This document shows positions 1-13,000 of a stretch of DNA of 64,000 bases, one piece after another (within the stretch, counting starts at the first letter, position 1; each line of letters starts with the position of its first letter). A model generated the notes under the pieces. It ran no database searches. It had not been told where the DNA came from and worked only from the letters and a program-made list of their open reading frames with translations. The position numbers were made by a program, and so were the translations under genes. Source of the DNA: Amphiscolops sp. MND2022 (lineage: Eukaryota); the NCBI GenBank assembly GCA_964187785.1, contig OZ076409.1, forward strand, positions 87,980,001 through 88,044,000. Reading direction: 5' to 3'.

Positions 1-1290
1 AAGAGAGATGTGGCGAATGCCATTAGCCCCCCAAAGGAGCTGGAAGAAAAGAATAACAAGCCGGGATCGGCATAAGTTGGCGCCATATCTAAAGCTCAAA
101 AATAGCAAACGGACATGAAAGTGTCAAAAAACTCAAAGTATAAAATTTCACGAAAAACCCAAACGACAGAAGTGGCGCGCCAGGGGCCCGTGCTAAAAGA
201 AGGATCCTTTCGCATTTTTCAACATCCATTGTTGCAAAACATCAAAAAATTGAACGGCGAAAAAAATTGGCGAAAAAAGATTTCTTTCCGAAAAAAGTCC
301 AAAATGCCGGAAAAACTGAAAGGAGACCCTTTGGGATTTTTCAACATCCATTCTGTCGCAAAACATCAATAAATTGAAGGGGGACCCTTTGAGGAAATTT
401 TTTTCGAAAAAAGTCTCACAATGCCAAAAAAACTGAAAGGGGGGACTCTTTAGTCTCTACCGATATGGTATGTTGCGCGGAAAAAGAGGGAAAACATTTT
501 TGGTTCAGTTCGCTAGGCCAAATGATTCAATTTGGGATCATAAAGTTTTGTAGAACTATTTTGGTAAGTTCGTGTGGATTGAAGAAAGTCACTATATTAG
601 TCGCATTTCACTTCATAAAGCGCCAACTAAAAAGAAGGTGGCGGAGGTCAGTGAGACGCAGAGAGAAGTGGCAATAATGCAGGAAATGGACGATGAAGTG
701 CCAGTTCCAACGTCTGACAGATCAAGCGAAATAACCCCAATCGAAACAAATTTGGAATCAGAGAAAGAAACATCCTCTGAAGAGGAAAACAACAAAAATG
801 GAGATGAGCCGTGTTATTCAAAGACAACAAAGGTGGAAGAAATGCCAACTCAAAGCTTGGTGGCAAAACCTGAGAAAGTGGCAAAACAGAAGGAGTGGCA
901 AAACAGTCGAGAGTGGATCCGTCAAAAAGCCAATATCTCGGGAGCAACCTAACAGAAGGAGAAGAGCTACCCAGCGATATGGCATTGATGTGATACTGGC
1001 CATAGAAGATGGACAGAAGATTCCTGAAAAGAAAAAAAGTTTAATCAATACTGAACAAACGCATTAACATTAAAACATTACATTGAGGTTGTTAATTGAA
1101 TACATTTGATATTTACAGTACAGTTACATTTAATACCTGAAGCTACCTTACTACAACATTGAAACTTTAACATAAGTGCAGTTGATTAACATCTTACAGT
1201 ACCTTTAAACCTAACATTTTTGTACATTGATTATTGAACCCTTTTGGAAGTTACCCTTAACAGTGTTAATTAAAAGGGAGAGAGTTAAAG
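1..1290 (+). mobile_element. Gypsy integrase-tail remnant with possible PPT
   Basis: KRDVANA at position 1 and RYGIDVI near 980 parallel KRDVVQA and RYGIDLI of the 62.3-64 kb element; purine tract at about 1272-1283. Confidence 0.6.
56..632 (-). mobile_element. Helentron-associated (HINE/DINE-1-like) element
   Basis: Sub-terminal inverted AGTCGGCGC/GCGCCGACT-type motifs, terminal hairpin plus CTTGT end, internal GGGGACCC repeats; interrupts a gypsy remnant. Confidence 0.75.
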
Positions 1291-1499
1291 AGTGTGAACA
1301 GTGCAAAAACATGTTCACATCTTTCAAACGGATAAAACGGACTTTATTTTTTAATGACACAATATGTTTAACACAGAGGCGGAGCCCTGCTTCGCAAACA
1401 TTTGCGCAGAAGATTGCGAACTGAAGGAAACCAAATAAGCAAAATCATACGGAGAACCAAGTGTAAAAAGACATTGTTGAAATTTCATCAATTTTACAG

Positions 1500-2420
1500 C
1501 ACCAAAAATACCCGAAGGGATAAGCATAAATCTCGAAAACCATTCTTCCTCAACTGGAAACAGCAAAAAAACCATCTTTCTCAACCGGAAACATTTTTTT
1601 AAAGAACATAAAAATAAGGAAAAAAATTCGAAATTTTTCGAAATTTTTTTTGGAGAAGGTTTCCGGTAAGTCGCACAGTGCCGAAAACCTTGAGCAGTCC
1701 TTTATGCTCGCAAAACGTTTCATTTTAAACAAAAATTGAGGGGCTTCGATGAAAACAAATTTTAAAAAATTAGAAAAAAAAACGCCGGTCTCTAAAAAAA
1801 AACAAAATTCGGATATAGCGTGCTGGGCCTCAGAAAAGCTAATTTTAAGACAAAAATTATTCATTTTGAAATTTCTCGCGATGCCGAAAACTGTAAAAGG
1901 GGCCCTTTGAAATTTTTTAACAACCATTCTGTTGCAAAATTTCAAAAAATTGAAGGGGAACCTTAGGAGTCTTTGAAAAATTTTCGAAAAAAAAACAAAA
2001 AGAATGAGAATTTTTAACAGTCTCATAGTGCCGAAAAATCTGAAAGAAGGGACCCTTTGGGATTTTTTAACATTCGTTCTGTTGCAAAATATCAAAACAA
2101 ATTGAAGCGAGGACCCTTTGAGGACATTTAAAAAATTTCGGAAAAAAAGTCTCACAAAGCCGAAAAAGGGAGGAGTCTCGTAGTGCCGAAAAAGTGAGAA
2201 CGTTCTGCTTCGGAAAACTTGTAAAAAAATTAGCGCATACTCAGGGTTCGAACACGAACCCTCTGGGTTGAAAAGCAAGCATCTTACCACTAGACCACGA
2301 ACGCCTGAACTATGCGACTTGCGGGCTGAAACGAGAGTTGTCGCGCGGAAAAAAAGCACCCGCACTTTCCCATAACACTTGCTTATCGCAAGTGTAATAA
2401 AGAGCAAAAAGTACCGAAAA
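1500..2420 (-). mobile_element. HINE-family repeat with a tRNA-like cassette (ends approximate)
   Basis: Typical GGGACCCTTTG/GTGCCGAAAA internal repeats; tRNA-like segment at 2233-2304. Confidence 0.6.
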
Positions 2421-3019
2421 GTGTCAATTTTAAATAATTTCAAGCTTTTTGTATAACCTTTTCGTATTTTTGTACGTATGAATACCCAGGGAGGTCAATA
2501 AAAAAGCTTGAAATCTAAGTGCAGCATTCTTTTGCGAAAAACATTTTGCTTTTTGTTCAAAGGAAGCCGTGAAATGAATCGAAACATGACAACATTTTAC
2601 CGTTTCGAGAGTTTCATCTTGTTTTGGTTCCAGCATTGAATGTTCAGTCTATTAAATTCAACGACAAAAAATCACCTACTAAGCAAACTTGTCCAGAAAA
2701 AAAATTTCTCGAGAAAAATGCCTGAATGAAATTATAGTTAATTTCTAGAAAACGTTTTGTGATTTTGTACACTTTTTGGATGCTTCTGTCGGTATCAAGA
2801 TCCAGAAAACTAAACACAGAAAGGGATACTTGGCGTACTTTTGAGTGAAGTCTTGATAAGTATTCGAAGCAAGAATTTTGTGAAAAGACCAAAAAAGTTT
2901 TGTTTTTGCCATATTGTAGTGTTTAGAGCATGAGGCGTATGTCGGTGCGTAATCGATGTTTGAAGTTTTGTCAACTTACTGCTGCTTTTTCCTGAGTTCA
3001 GAGATATGGTTATAAGAAA

Positions 3020-3515
3020 TAAACCGGGAACGGCCCGAGTCGGTGCCCCGGTCAAGGTTCAAAACGAACGAAGTGTTTGAAATATTCAAGAAAAACTTTG
3101 AGTTAAATTCGTCAACTATCGTGCAGTGCCGAAAAATACCCAGAGCGGTACCCTTGAGACTCGAAAACAGCTTTTCTTCTGAACTGGAAATATCAGAAAA
3201 ACCCAAACTTTTCATCAATTTTTCCGAAATTTCTCTCAAAAAAGTTGCATATTGCCGAAAAACCCATAAAGAGACCCTTAAGGCTCTTCAAACGCTTTTT
3301 CAAAACCGAAAACTTCAAAAAGCTTAAGGGGCTGAAAGGATAGAGTAAATACTATGAAAAACTCAAAACTCTATAGGCTTCTTGGAGTCCACGGATGAAC
3401 TTGAGTATAAAGGTTAAATTGAATTCATGAAAATTTATCAGAATGGACAATTCACGGTGACTGAAGAAAAAAATATTTAAGAGTCGTGCACTTTTTTTCA
3501 AAAAGCACCGACTTT
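3020..3515 (-). mobile_element. HINE-family element
   Basis: CCGGGAACGGCCCGAGTCGGTGCC ... GCACCGACT ends. Confidence 0.7.
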
Positions 3516-4063
3516 AAATGCATTCGGCGGAGAAAACAAAATGGAGAGAGCAAAAGCAAGCAATCAGACCTTTGTGAGCTTCAAGTCACTTCGAAATCAC
3601 AGATTGCTTGACTATTTGTTTGCAAAAATGGTTTGGTAGCTTGCATCGGGCAATATAAAACTAGAACCTTAATGTCTGAGTATACATATGTATGAAAATG
3701 AGTAAGGTATATATTTGAGGTTATTGGGTGTGTGAAAAACGACTTCTTCGACGATTTATGTTTTGCTTGAGACATTCATCATTATAGTTCATTCCTCATA
3801 TTTTGGTACAGAAAAGTTTTCTGGTCTTTAAGAAAGAGCGAATTATAGAGAAATGTTCATTTATGAAATGCTTGAAACTTTTCAAATTTGAATAGGGGTT
3901 TCTGTGCACCATGCATGCTCTGTACAATTTTGAATTTCGACAAAGTTGATTTAAAGAACATTGTCATCCGAAGAAACTTAAGATGTGCTAGTGATTTAGC
4001 TATGCGTTTAAAAACAATAAACGTAAATATATTGCAGAGCCACTGCGATTTCCGTTAACTTAC

Positions 4064-7000
4064 AATTCAGCGAATAACTGCGATGAAGCCTCTTGGCTGC
4101 TATCGAACATGGAAGCCCTTTCATGCATAATCCGTTGCACTTCTGCTGCTCGCGGGGTGAGGAGTGGTTGTCTGGGAGACCCCTGAATATTACCATTCTG
4201 TCCCTGTATGTCCAGGGCGTCATTTAAGAACAAGGGGAGCACCGGGGGTACCTGGAGAGTATCAATGACGTCAGGAGCGGCTGCGTTTTTACGAGTTCTC
4301 TCCGCGGTACTCAATTTGTACTGCTTTTCACTTAGCACGTCGCCCACACCCCTTCCAGTGAGAATTAAGCCTACAAATTGAAATAAGTAATTAGAAAGTG
4401 TCACTATTTTGTCAGAATTTGACTGACATATCATAATATAACTTATATATCATAACATAACCTACCAAAATATGTGCGTTGATGCAAAAAAGATTGGTGC
4501 AAAAAGATTTTATTCCAAAAAAACACAGCTATGTTTAGAAATTGGAGCACAGATTTTTCAAATTGCTCTGTTGCGCAGTAAACTTACTTATAAACAAGTT
4601 ATTAACGTTTCCTGCTTGTTCGCATTTTTAGTCGACTGCATATCCGTTTGTAGTCGGCACATTTTAGTAGAAAATGTGCCCGACTCTTACAGTGGGTAGT
4701 CTTTTTAGACGCGTGAGGTCCACTTTTTTGTTCATTTGTTCAACAACGTCAAACCCCAATAACTTCAAACCTCAACAACTTCAAACCTCAACAACTCGAA
4801 CCTCAGAAGCGCGTCCAAAACGAAAAGAAAAAACAAAACAGACGTCCAGAACCTCGAAATCACACTAAGGATCCCCCATAGCCCCTTTTTCGGCACTATG
4901 CGACTTTTTTTGAAACTTTTTGGATTGCACCAAAGGGCCCCCCTTCATTTGTTTCGATATTTTGCAACACAATGGATGTCAAAAAATTTCAAAGGGTCCC
5001 CCTTTTACATTTTTCGGCTCTCTGGCACTGTTCGAAAATCTGATTTTAAAAATTTTTGGGAAATTTTTTCAAGTCCCCAAAGGGTCCCCCCTTCAATTTT
5101 TTTCAGATTTTGCAACCAGCTGGAGTTTCACAAAGCCCGAAAGGTCCCCACTTTTACAAATTTGAGCCTTAGATATAGCGCCGACTTTGGCCTTTCTCGG
5201 CTTGTTATTGGATAGCATAGTGGCTAATGCTAGACGTTTCTAGGTAGAATGATAGGATTCGAATCCAACCTCAGCTGAATTCTTTAATTTCTCAAACTGA
5301 AATATATTGACACATTTACTGATATAACTTACATAACGTTTTAAAATTCGCATATAGCGTTCATAGTTCGGACATAGCCATTTTTTCGTCCTTTTTACGT
5401 TTTGCCAAGCAGAAGGTGTTCGAATCTGATCGAAACCATATTCTTTAGATTGAACGTTCATGTATGTTTCGGATATATTCGTACGTTTCGTCTTTCCTAC
5501 AGACTTTGCCGTAACCTGAGCGTTATCAAAACAACATACAAAAAGTTGTCAGAATACGTTTCTAGTTTTTTTCTGAATACTTGGGGAAAAACATTTTTCT
5601 TTAATCTAGTGTGATTTTTTCAAATACTTTTGATGTTTTAATAGGGTCCCCGTTCGAATGCCTCAATATTTTATAACCACAAAAAAACCTAAGAGCCCAA
5701 GGATCTTCCCTTGTGGCACACTCACAACCGAAACATTTTGAACGAATTTTCTCATAAACAGATCCTAAGCAAATTTGAAGGACTTTTTGGAGCATCACAC
5801 GAGGTGCCGACTTGGGCCGTTCCTAACTTTTTCATTTGTTATTGAGGTAGATGGCGCCTCCGCCGTCGATTATTTAATCACCTTTCATGTCAATAAACGT
5901 TTGATGCTAAAGGAGATGAACTTTTAAGTCTCAATTGGGGATGAAATAACAAAAAGAGACAAAAATACCCAACCCCGCAGTACATGTCTTTTGCACGTAT
6001 TTTTATAAAATGGGCCAATCGGGTCTCAGATCTTCAGTTGACACAACTCACCTTGCTTAGTGAACTCGTCGACAACTTTGAAAACGTGGCCAGAATTCCG
6101 TTCTTTGAGGAACTTGATCGAGTTCTTGGCATTCGAAGGCTTCAAATTGCGTTCCTCAATCTCGTTTCTCTGGTTGACCAAGGTATCTGTGGAAACAATT
6201 TACATTGAGAACTTCAAAATTCAAGCATTTCAAGTTTTTTTTCAGATTGCAAACTCATTATTGAAGACAAGCAACCCTGAGCTTTGCATAAATGGAAGAT
6301 ACCTAAAAGCAAAGGATCCCAATATGTACCTAATCAGGATCCTGAAATGATTTTGTGACAAACATTTTTCACATAAATTTGCATTCAATTGTAGAGAATC
6401 AAGTTTTATGCATAATATTACGTTCATTGGAACATGCAATGACGAATACTGTGAATGAACATCCAAAACCAGGATTAACAATAAACTGAAATGGAGCGCG
6501 GTCCTATCACTAGCTGATTTAATTGAAATCAAGTTCACCAAGTGTATCCAAAAATTCAGGTAACCTGCACCAGTAGAGTAAGAATACATTCATAAAAAAT
6601 CCTCTAATATTAGGAGCGGCTTTTTGCTTTGAAGTCGTCGGCGTAAATTTTATGTTCCCGGGAGCCATCGTGAAAATGTGACACATTGTACAAAATTATG
6701 ATATAATCGTGAAGAATTCAATAGAGAAGCTACTACAGCAGCCGTTATCTCTTTGAAAAAAAGCTACCATATCAGTATGTTAACAGCGGCTATCGATTGA
6801 GCAGCGATTGGCAGGAGACAAAAATTTAAAAAAAAATTTATCCAGTTTTTAAAACTCCACAACTTTTCATCCATACAATACCAAAAGTATTAAAAATTTC
6901 ATACTTTCGAAAACACTTCAGAGCATTCAGGTATACCAAACCTTGACTACCATGTATGATGTTATTGGTATTAACACCATGGTGTTACTACCATATATGG

Positions 7001-10000
7001 GTATCATAGAAGTATACAGTATTGATATTTCTAAAAGCAACAAAGGCAAATCTCAAAATCGAATATCTCTAAAACAGCGATTTTTGAAAAATGATAAAAG
7101 TGAAAGTTTCTTAGATTTTTATCTAGTTACAAATATGTTTATTTGAAGATTATGCAATGAAAATTGTAGAAGTTACGATAGGCCATTTTAAGCCAAATTT
7201 AGGTCGAAATTGAGGTTTTTTTTACTTTTGGTCTACTCTTGCTCAAAATTTTTGAAATATTTTTTGTTCAATTGACCCCCTGATCTAACTGATTCAGAAG
7301 GAAAGCTGGTTTCGGAAGCCCCTGATATGCTTTGATTCAGAAATCATCTTAAAATCGTAGACAAAATGCGCTGTAAAAGTAGACTTTTTCGAAAATACAT
7401 GTATTAAGATATGATTTTGAAGTTTAACAACTTAAAAGAAGCCCATACTAATGCAATTTAGAATATTTTCGAGAAAAAATTATATTGTCAGATTCGAAAT
7501 TTTTCTGTCGAAATTATTCTGAAATCAAAAAATTGTAAGTGGGTCAAAAATTCAAAAAAAAACTAAAAAAAAATGATGTTTTGGAAATCGCTCTCGATCA
7601 ATGAAATGAGCGCGTGAGACCTTGATCGGCCAATGAGATTTGTTTACTTGCTTTCTTTCCGCGTGCTATGTTGCTTCTTCTAGAATCACTGCTGTATTTG
7701 AAACAAGGCACAGATGTTTGTTCCAATTATAAGTGAACAGAAGATTGCGAAGGTTTTATCTAATTGGATAGATTGGCATGCACTATCCTACCGAGTCTTT
7801 TAAAATAATGTTCTAAATTTCTTTTAATGAAAGTAGCGACTATAATGCTTTTTAAACAAAAATCAACACAAGAACAACTAAATTCGCAGGAGATTCTATT
7901 TCGATGAGAGATTCGGAAAAAAGTCAATGAACATTGTTGACATGAACATGCATCAGGAAGAATTTTTCAGCTTTCTAAAACAGGAGAACTTCACTTACAC
8001 TTGCTGTCAGAACGATACACTGAAAGCATGAAAATTACTCTGATTTTTCTCTAAGATGAGAATAAATGGTCGATTAACTTTAGAAGTTTGTGAAAAGCAA
8101 TTAATTTTGAAAAGCTCAAATCTATAATTATAACTTCATACCATTCGTTCTTTCACGATTACGAATTTTCACAGGCTTCAAAATTACTCATCAACGAAAA
8201 TGGCATAGTAAAAAACACTCAACACAATTTTTGAAACACTTCGAATTTTTTTAACTAGCGAAAAATGAGAGTAGAAAAGATTCATTTGATAAGGTTGAAA
8301 ATTGAGGGTTCAAAGCTTTGAGTCTTTCTAATTCCGCAAAGACAAGCAACTTTGATTCAAACATTTGGCATCATTTTTTCAAAGGTATTTTGGTAAGTGC
8401 TATTACAACGAAGGTTTCACAATGAAGCCCAAAAACAGCGCTAAAAGCAGTTCGTTGCTAACCAGAACTGAGAACTTTGATACTCTGGCTGATTGCAGGG
8501 GGCGGCGGTGGAGGCACAGGTGGTTTTGGAGTTTCGAAATTGTCGCTTCTCAGCTCATCAAGCAATGAGTTTTTCAAAGCCGCTGACATGTTGCTTTCTT
8601 TCACTGTTTCAGCTGACGAGCCCCCCGTTTCTTCACCACGGATCGCTTTTACCAATTTAAGAACCAAATCTTGTCGCAAATTATCAGAAAAACATCTGGA
8701 ATCGGAGCCAGATGAGCTGTCTGGTCTTTCTATTCCTCGGATAACCAGACTGTGGTTAGTTGTTCCTCCTATGAACGTACTCTGATCCATGCTTGAGCCC
8801 CAGAACGATGACTCATCCGGGTTTGCCAGGGTGTAAGACTCGGAAAGAAAAGTGTACTTTTTGGTCTTCTCGGCGTTTTCGTAATCTGCAGGTGGGTAGC
8901 TTTCGATGATAGCGCTAAAAACCATCGTTTTTGTATATGCACCGTTGATATGAACTTTATAATAATAATTTATTTTATCAGGAGTCAAATACATTTAAAT
9001 ACACTTATATTGATCAACTTTACAAAGTTAACGCATCTCCCAAAAAGACCTCTCATAAGCACGCAGGCTTTTCAAGGGGAGACCATTGAACTTTGTACTA
9101 TTGATATGAACAATACCTCTTTGAGCATTCAAGACACATTTGTTTTCTAGTTCGTGCGGTACTGTGCATTTCTGTAGACAAAGACTTTTTCAGGTTTGAT
9201 ATCAAACCAAAATACTGAGTAATTCGTTTTTACAGTCAAAATCAATTATTTGAAATCAATCAATAAACTTCGTTCATTCGAAATAGTAAATTATCTCACC
9301 TATCTTTCAACTGAGGCCTGGCAGGTTTGATTTGCGATTGGTCCCCACTTGGCTGATCCCTGTAGCCGGGATTCCATTTCGGTTTCAGAAAACTTCTGCC
9401 GTACTCGAACCTGGCGATTGCATCGTAAACGAACTCATATCCCGGCAGATCCACAAACGAAGAATCAAAGGCATCGGCGGCTTGGGAAAAGCTATCTTCA
9501 TGCTGCAGTGTAAGAGACCACCCCGAACAGTTACCTTCAGGCAGACCCAAGTATCTGAAGACAGCAATGACGTCACTTTTAAAGAAATTGCAAAAACTAG
9601 CGATATCAACACTTCTGTATGTTTTGGTCGGCGCTTTTCCTAAGAGAAAAGTGCCCGACTATTGCAGTGGCTAGTTTTTTTTGTCAGACAACAGAGTATG
9701 TACCAATTTTTAGTACAGAGGTTAATCGGTTTAGGTGAAACCCAGCGGTCGCGGGTTCGAGTCCCTGCTTCAGCCAGAAACTTTTTCGTGCATTCGCAAA
9801 ACCGGGCGCCGATTTGGGCCGTTCCCGCCTTGTTCATATCAAAAACGACTCTTCTGACAAATCTTGCCCGCTGAGCACGAGGAAACATTCCGCACTGAGT
9901 TACTTGAAGTGACGATGTTTTTACGGCTCAAGTGTAGCCATAAACTAAAAATGTTGCGCAAAAATTAAGAAGTTTTGACACTTAATGGCTCTTTTTAGTT

Positions 10001-13000
10001 CATTCTGGAACTTTTCCCTAAAAACTCCAGATTTCTCGATAAAAACACTGATTAACTAACAAATTTGTTGGTAAACGCTAGATAAGCATACGATGTCATT
10101 AAAAACTGAATAAAACGGTCCAAAACTGAACATTTTTGGTATTTTTTCAGAAGTTTCACCAGAATTCTTCAACTATTTTAAGGAGCTAATTGCTTTGTCG
10201 CTGAGCCCTGTAGTAATTGAAACCCGCAAAAAATGTCAAAGTTTGCATCAAAATTCCATTAAACGGCCGATTAAAAAAACAACAACATTCAGATTTGTCA
10301 AAAACTAAATAAAAAACGAATAAATTTCATTTGGTGCAGCTATTGGTCGGGGTACTAACTAATTGTATTCTGGTTTAATAGAATATTTTGAGACACTACG
10401 CAGGGGTACTAGTACACTTGAACATTAAGCAGAAGAGCCGAATTCAAATTGCCGACAGTCCTTTTTGAGGCGAGATCGAGAATACATACAAGAATTACGT
10501 CATCCTTAAAAACTGGGCCAACGAAAAGGTCACGAATAGAGCAGAAATTCTTCGCGAATAGCAAATTCATTAATTACCTCATGAGATGATGCGTTGCATC
10601 CTCACAAGTGTCCCAAGAATCTGTTTGGGTGAGATGACTTGACGAGTCCATGAGACAAACTTCGACTGCAGTTCCAACTTGTTGCTCATTGGCCAACCAT
10701 TCAAGCGATGTGATTGGAGCATTTCTAGTGATGCTACTTCCAACAGTGGGGCATTTCAGCAATTTCTGTTGACATATGGACTTGTATCCATTGAAGGCGT
10801 GATCGGAGACATACTTCAGCAGGTACTTTGCAAGTTGTTGGGAAGGAGGCACACAGTCTAGCAGTGCACACATGAGCAACCTTGAACAAAGGTTAAGAAA
10901 AGATTTTCCAGATCAAAACTTTTCTTATTATAATTGCAAGTTCTACTGAAATATAGGCATGCCTAGGTGAATCCTAATAACGCCTTTTCAGCAAAAACCC
11001 AGAGTTTTGACACTGCTAATTAGCGATTTAGCGGTCATGCAAAACCTTTTCAGCGATTTTATTAGCTATTCAAATTAGCGGCTACTGATAGATCGTCCAA
11101 ATTCAAAATTTCGTTTGAGTTGACACCGAGTTTCAAAATGAATTTCGAAAACTTTCAACTCTTACTCGTGAAAAACCCACATAGTAGGAAAAGCTCTAGT
11201 AATTTTCCATGTAAAATCTGAATTAGGCTGTCATTTAATTTTAAAACATATTTGAAGTTAATCAATTAACAGTTTGACGAAAAAGTTTTCCAGCAAAATA
11301 GCGATTTTGAAATTAGCGGTTTAGCGATTAGCGAAAAAATTTAGCGATGTCAAAACTCTGGTTTTCGATATTGGAAGCAAAACGAACCATATACGTCTTT
11401 GGTGATTCAGAACCCTCATTTTCCAGCTCTGGCTGCATATCTGGATGTAGGCCTCGTCGCGCAGAGAAGGATCCATCTGCACAATATGAATCAAGTACGC
11501 ACAAGCAACTTTGAACCGATCAGCAGTGAGACTTTCTTCGTATATTGCGAACAGCAGAATTCTGTTCATGTCTTCCACGATAGGCGACTGCGACTCGTGA
11601 ACATTGGTGTGAAAGGGCGTGTCAATGGGTTCCCGGTTTTCGCCCCATTTTATGTGACCCTGGAAAAATTCATGGCACCTCATTATTATCATGTAAAAAT
11701 TCCAGGAAAACCTCATTAATTCTTCAATATGTTTTATTCTTCTTTAAAATCTTGGCTAGTAATTGGATTGGAACCAGATTTAGCGAATTAGCGACCGCGC
11801 AGAATTTTTCAGCGATTTTATTAGCGATTTAAAGTAGCGGAAACTAATAAGTTGTCCAAATTCAAAATTTCCTCGGAAAATAAACGGAGTTTCCAAATGA
11901 ATTCCAAAAATTGCAACTCTTACTTGTCAAAACTTGTTCATTAGATTATAAATAGGTGCTCCTGTATTGATGAATGTTTGCGAGCTGTGATTCGTACGCC
12001 TTCGGGCAACAAAATTAATTAATTCTTCTTCTTCTTGCACTCGTAAAACTCACACAGTATGAAAAATTCTCGTCTCTTTTTGCAAAAATTGAACAAAGTT
12101 ATCATTGCACTTTGAAACATACTTCAATTCAAACATTTAATAGTTTGAAGTAAAAGTTTTTCAGCGAAATAGCGTGTGATGACAGTGCCCGAGCGGTGAG
12201 GCAGCTAACATTATTTTAGTGATTTCTGCATTTGTTTCTTGAAGAGATTTTGTATCTTGGAATTGAGAGTTCTACTCCTTTCGCTCTTAATAGATTCTAA
12301 TAAGAGAAGAAGAATGATTATGAAACGTGAATTTAGTTATCAAATCAGATGACATTCTAAGAGCATGAGATAACGTAGTTATGCTTCAGAAGCGTTTCAA
12401 TCAAGTGAATTCTGTTCTGTCTCTTATCTTGAGTGTCTATCGTTTCTTCTTGTGGCACTTCGATCCCATTGGTCCGCGTCTGTGATTGGCTGTTGCGGCT
12501 TGACTTCGAATTTTTGTAGTGTATATTTTCAGGACTATGATATCTCATGACCATAGTCATGACACTACCCGCAAAGAAAAGAACATGAGGGCCAGATCAC
12601 AATGAAGTAGGACCAGCAGGAAAAGGTGAAGAGCCATCGTCAGGAGCGTGAAACAAGAAGAAAAATGAACCAACACGTGAAAAACTTTGGTGGAGCACAC
12701 ACACAAAACCCAAAAAAAAAGAAAATGTAAAAAGAAAAAGATGAAGGGGGAACCTCGACTTTGGAAAAAAAGGGGTGAAAAGAGCATGAAATTGAGAAAG
12801 TGTGAAGAAAAGAAGTTTAAAAGTTCGTGCGGCTATAAAGGCACTAGTGTATTTGCAAAGAGAAGTGATTAGTAAATATACGAATCACTGTAATTGTTGA
12901 CAGGGCGCAAAAGGCAAAGAAGAACAAATTAACAGCGGATGCTGAAGTGTGCCAGCGAGGCACAATATTTACTAATGCTCACCAAAAGGCAATTATGCGG

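Noticed and set aside
2233..2304. Functional tRNA gene
   Set aside because: Acceptor and anticodon stems pair poorly and it is embedded in a repeat; treated as tRNA-derived.
1550..2443. 297-aa minus-strand ORF
   Set aside because: F/K-rich translation of a HINE repeat; no protein-like motifs.
2980..2991. 12-nt myosin microexon (CAG|GAAAAAGCAGCA|GTAAGT)
   Set aside because: Phase-compatible, but no downstream exon in the window supports it.
5205..5280. tRNA gene next to a HINE end
   Set aside because: Only A/B-box-like remnants; no convincing cloverleaf.
12557..12787. Hydrophobic ORF in the retroelement 3' UTR
   Set aside because: Explained by T-rich composition, and it runs into the LTR.
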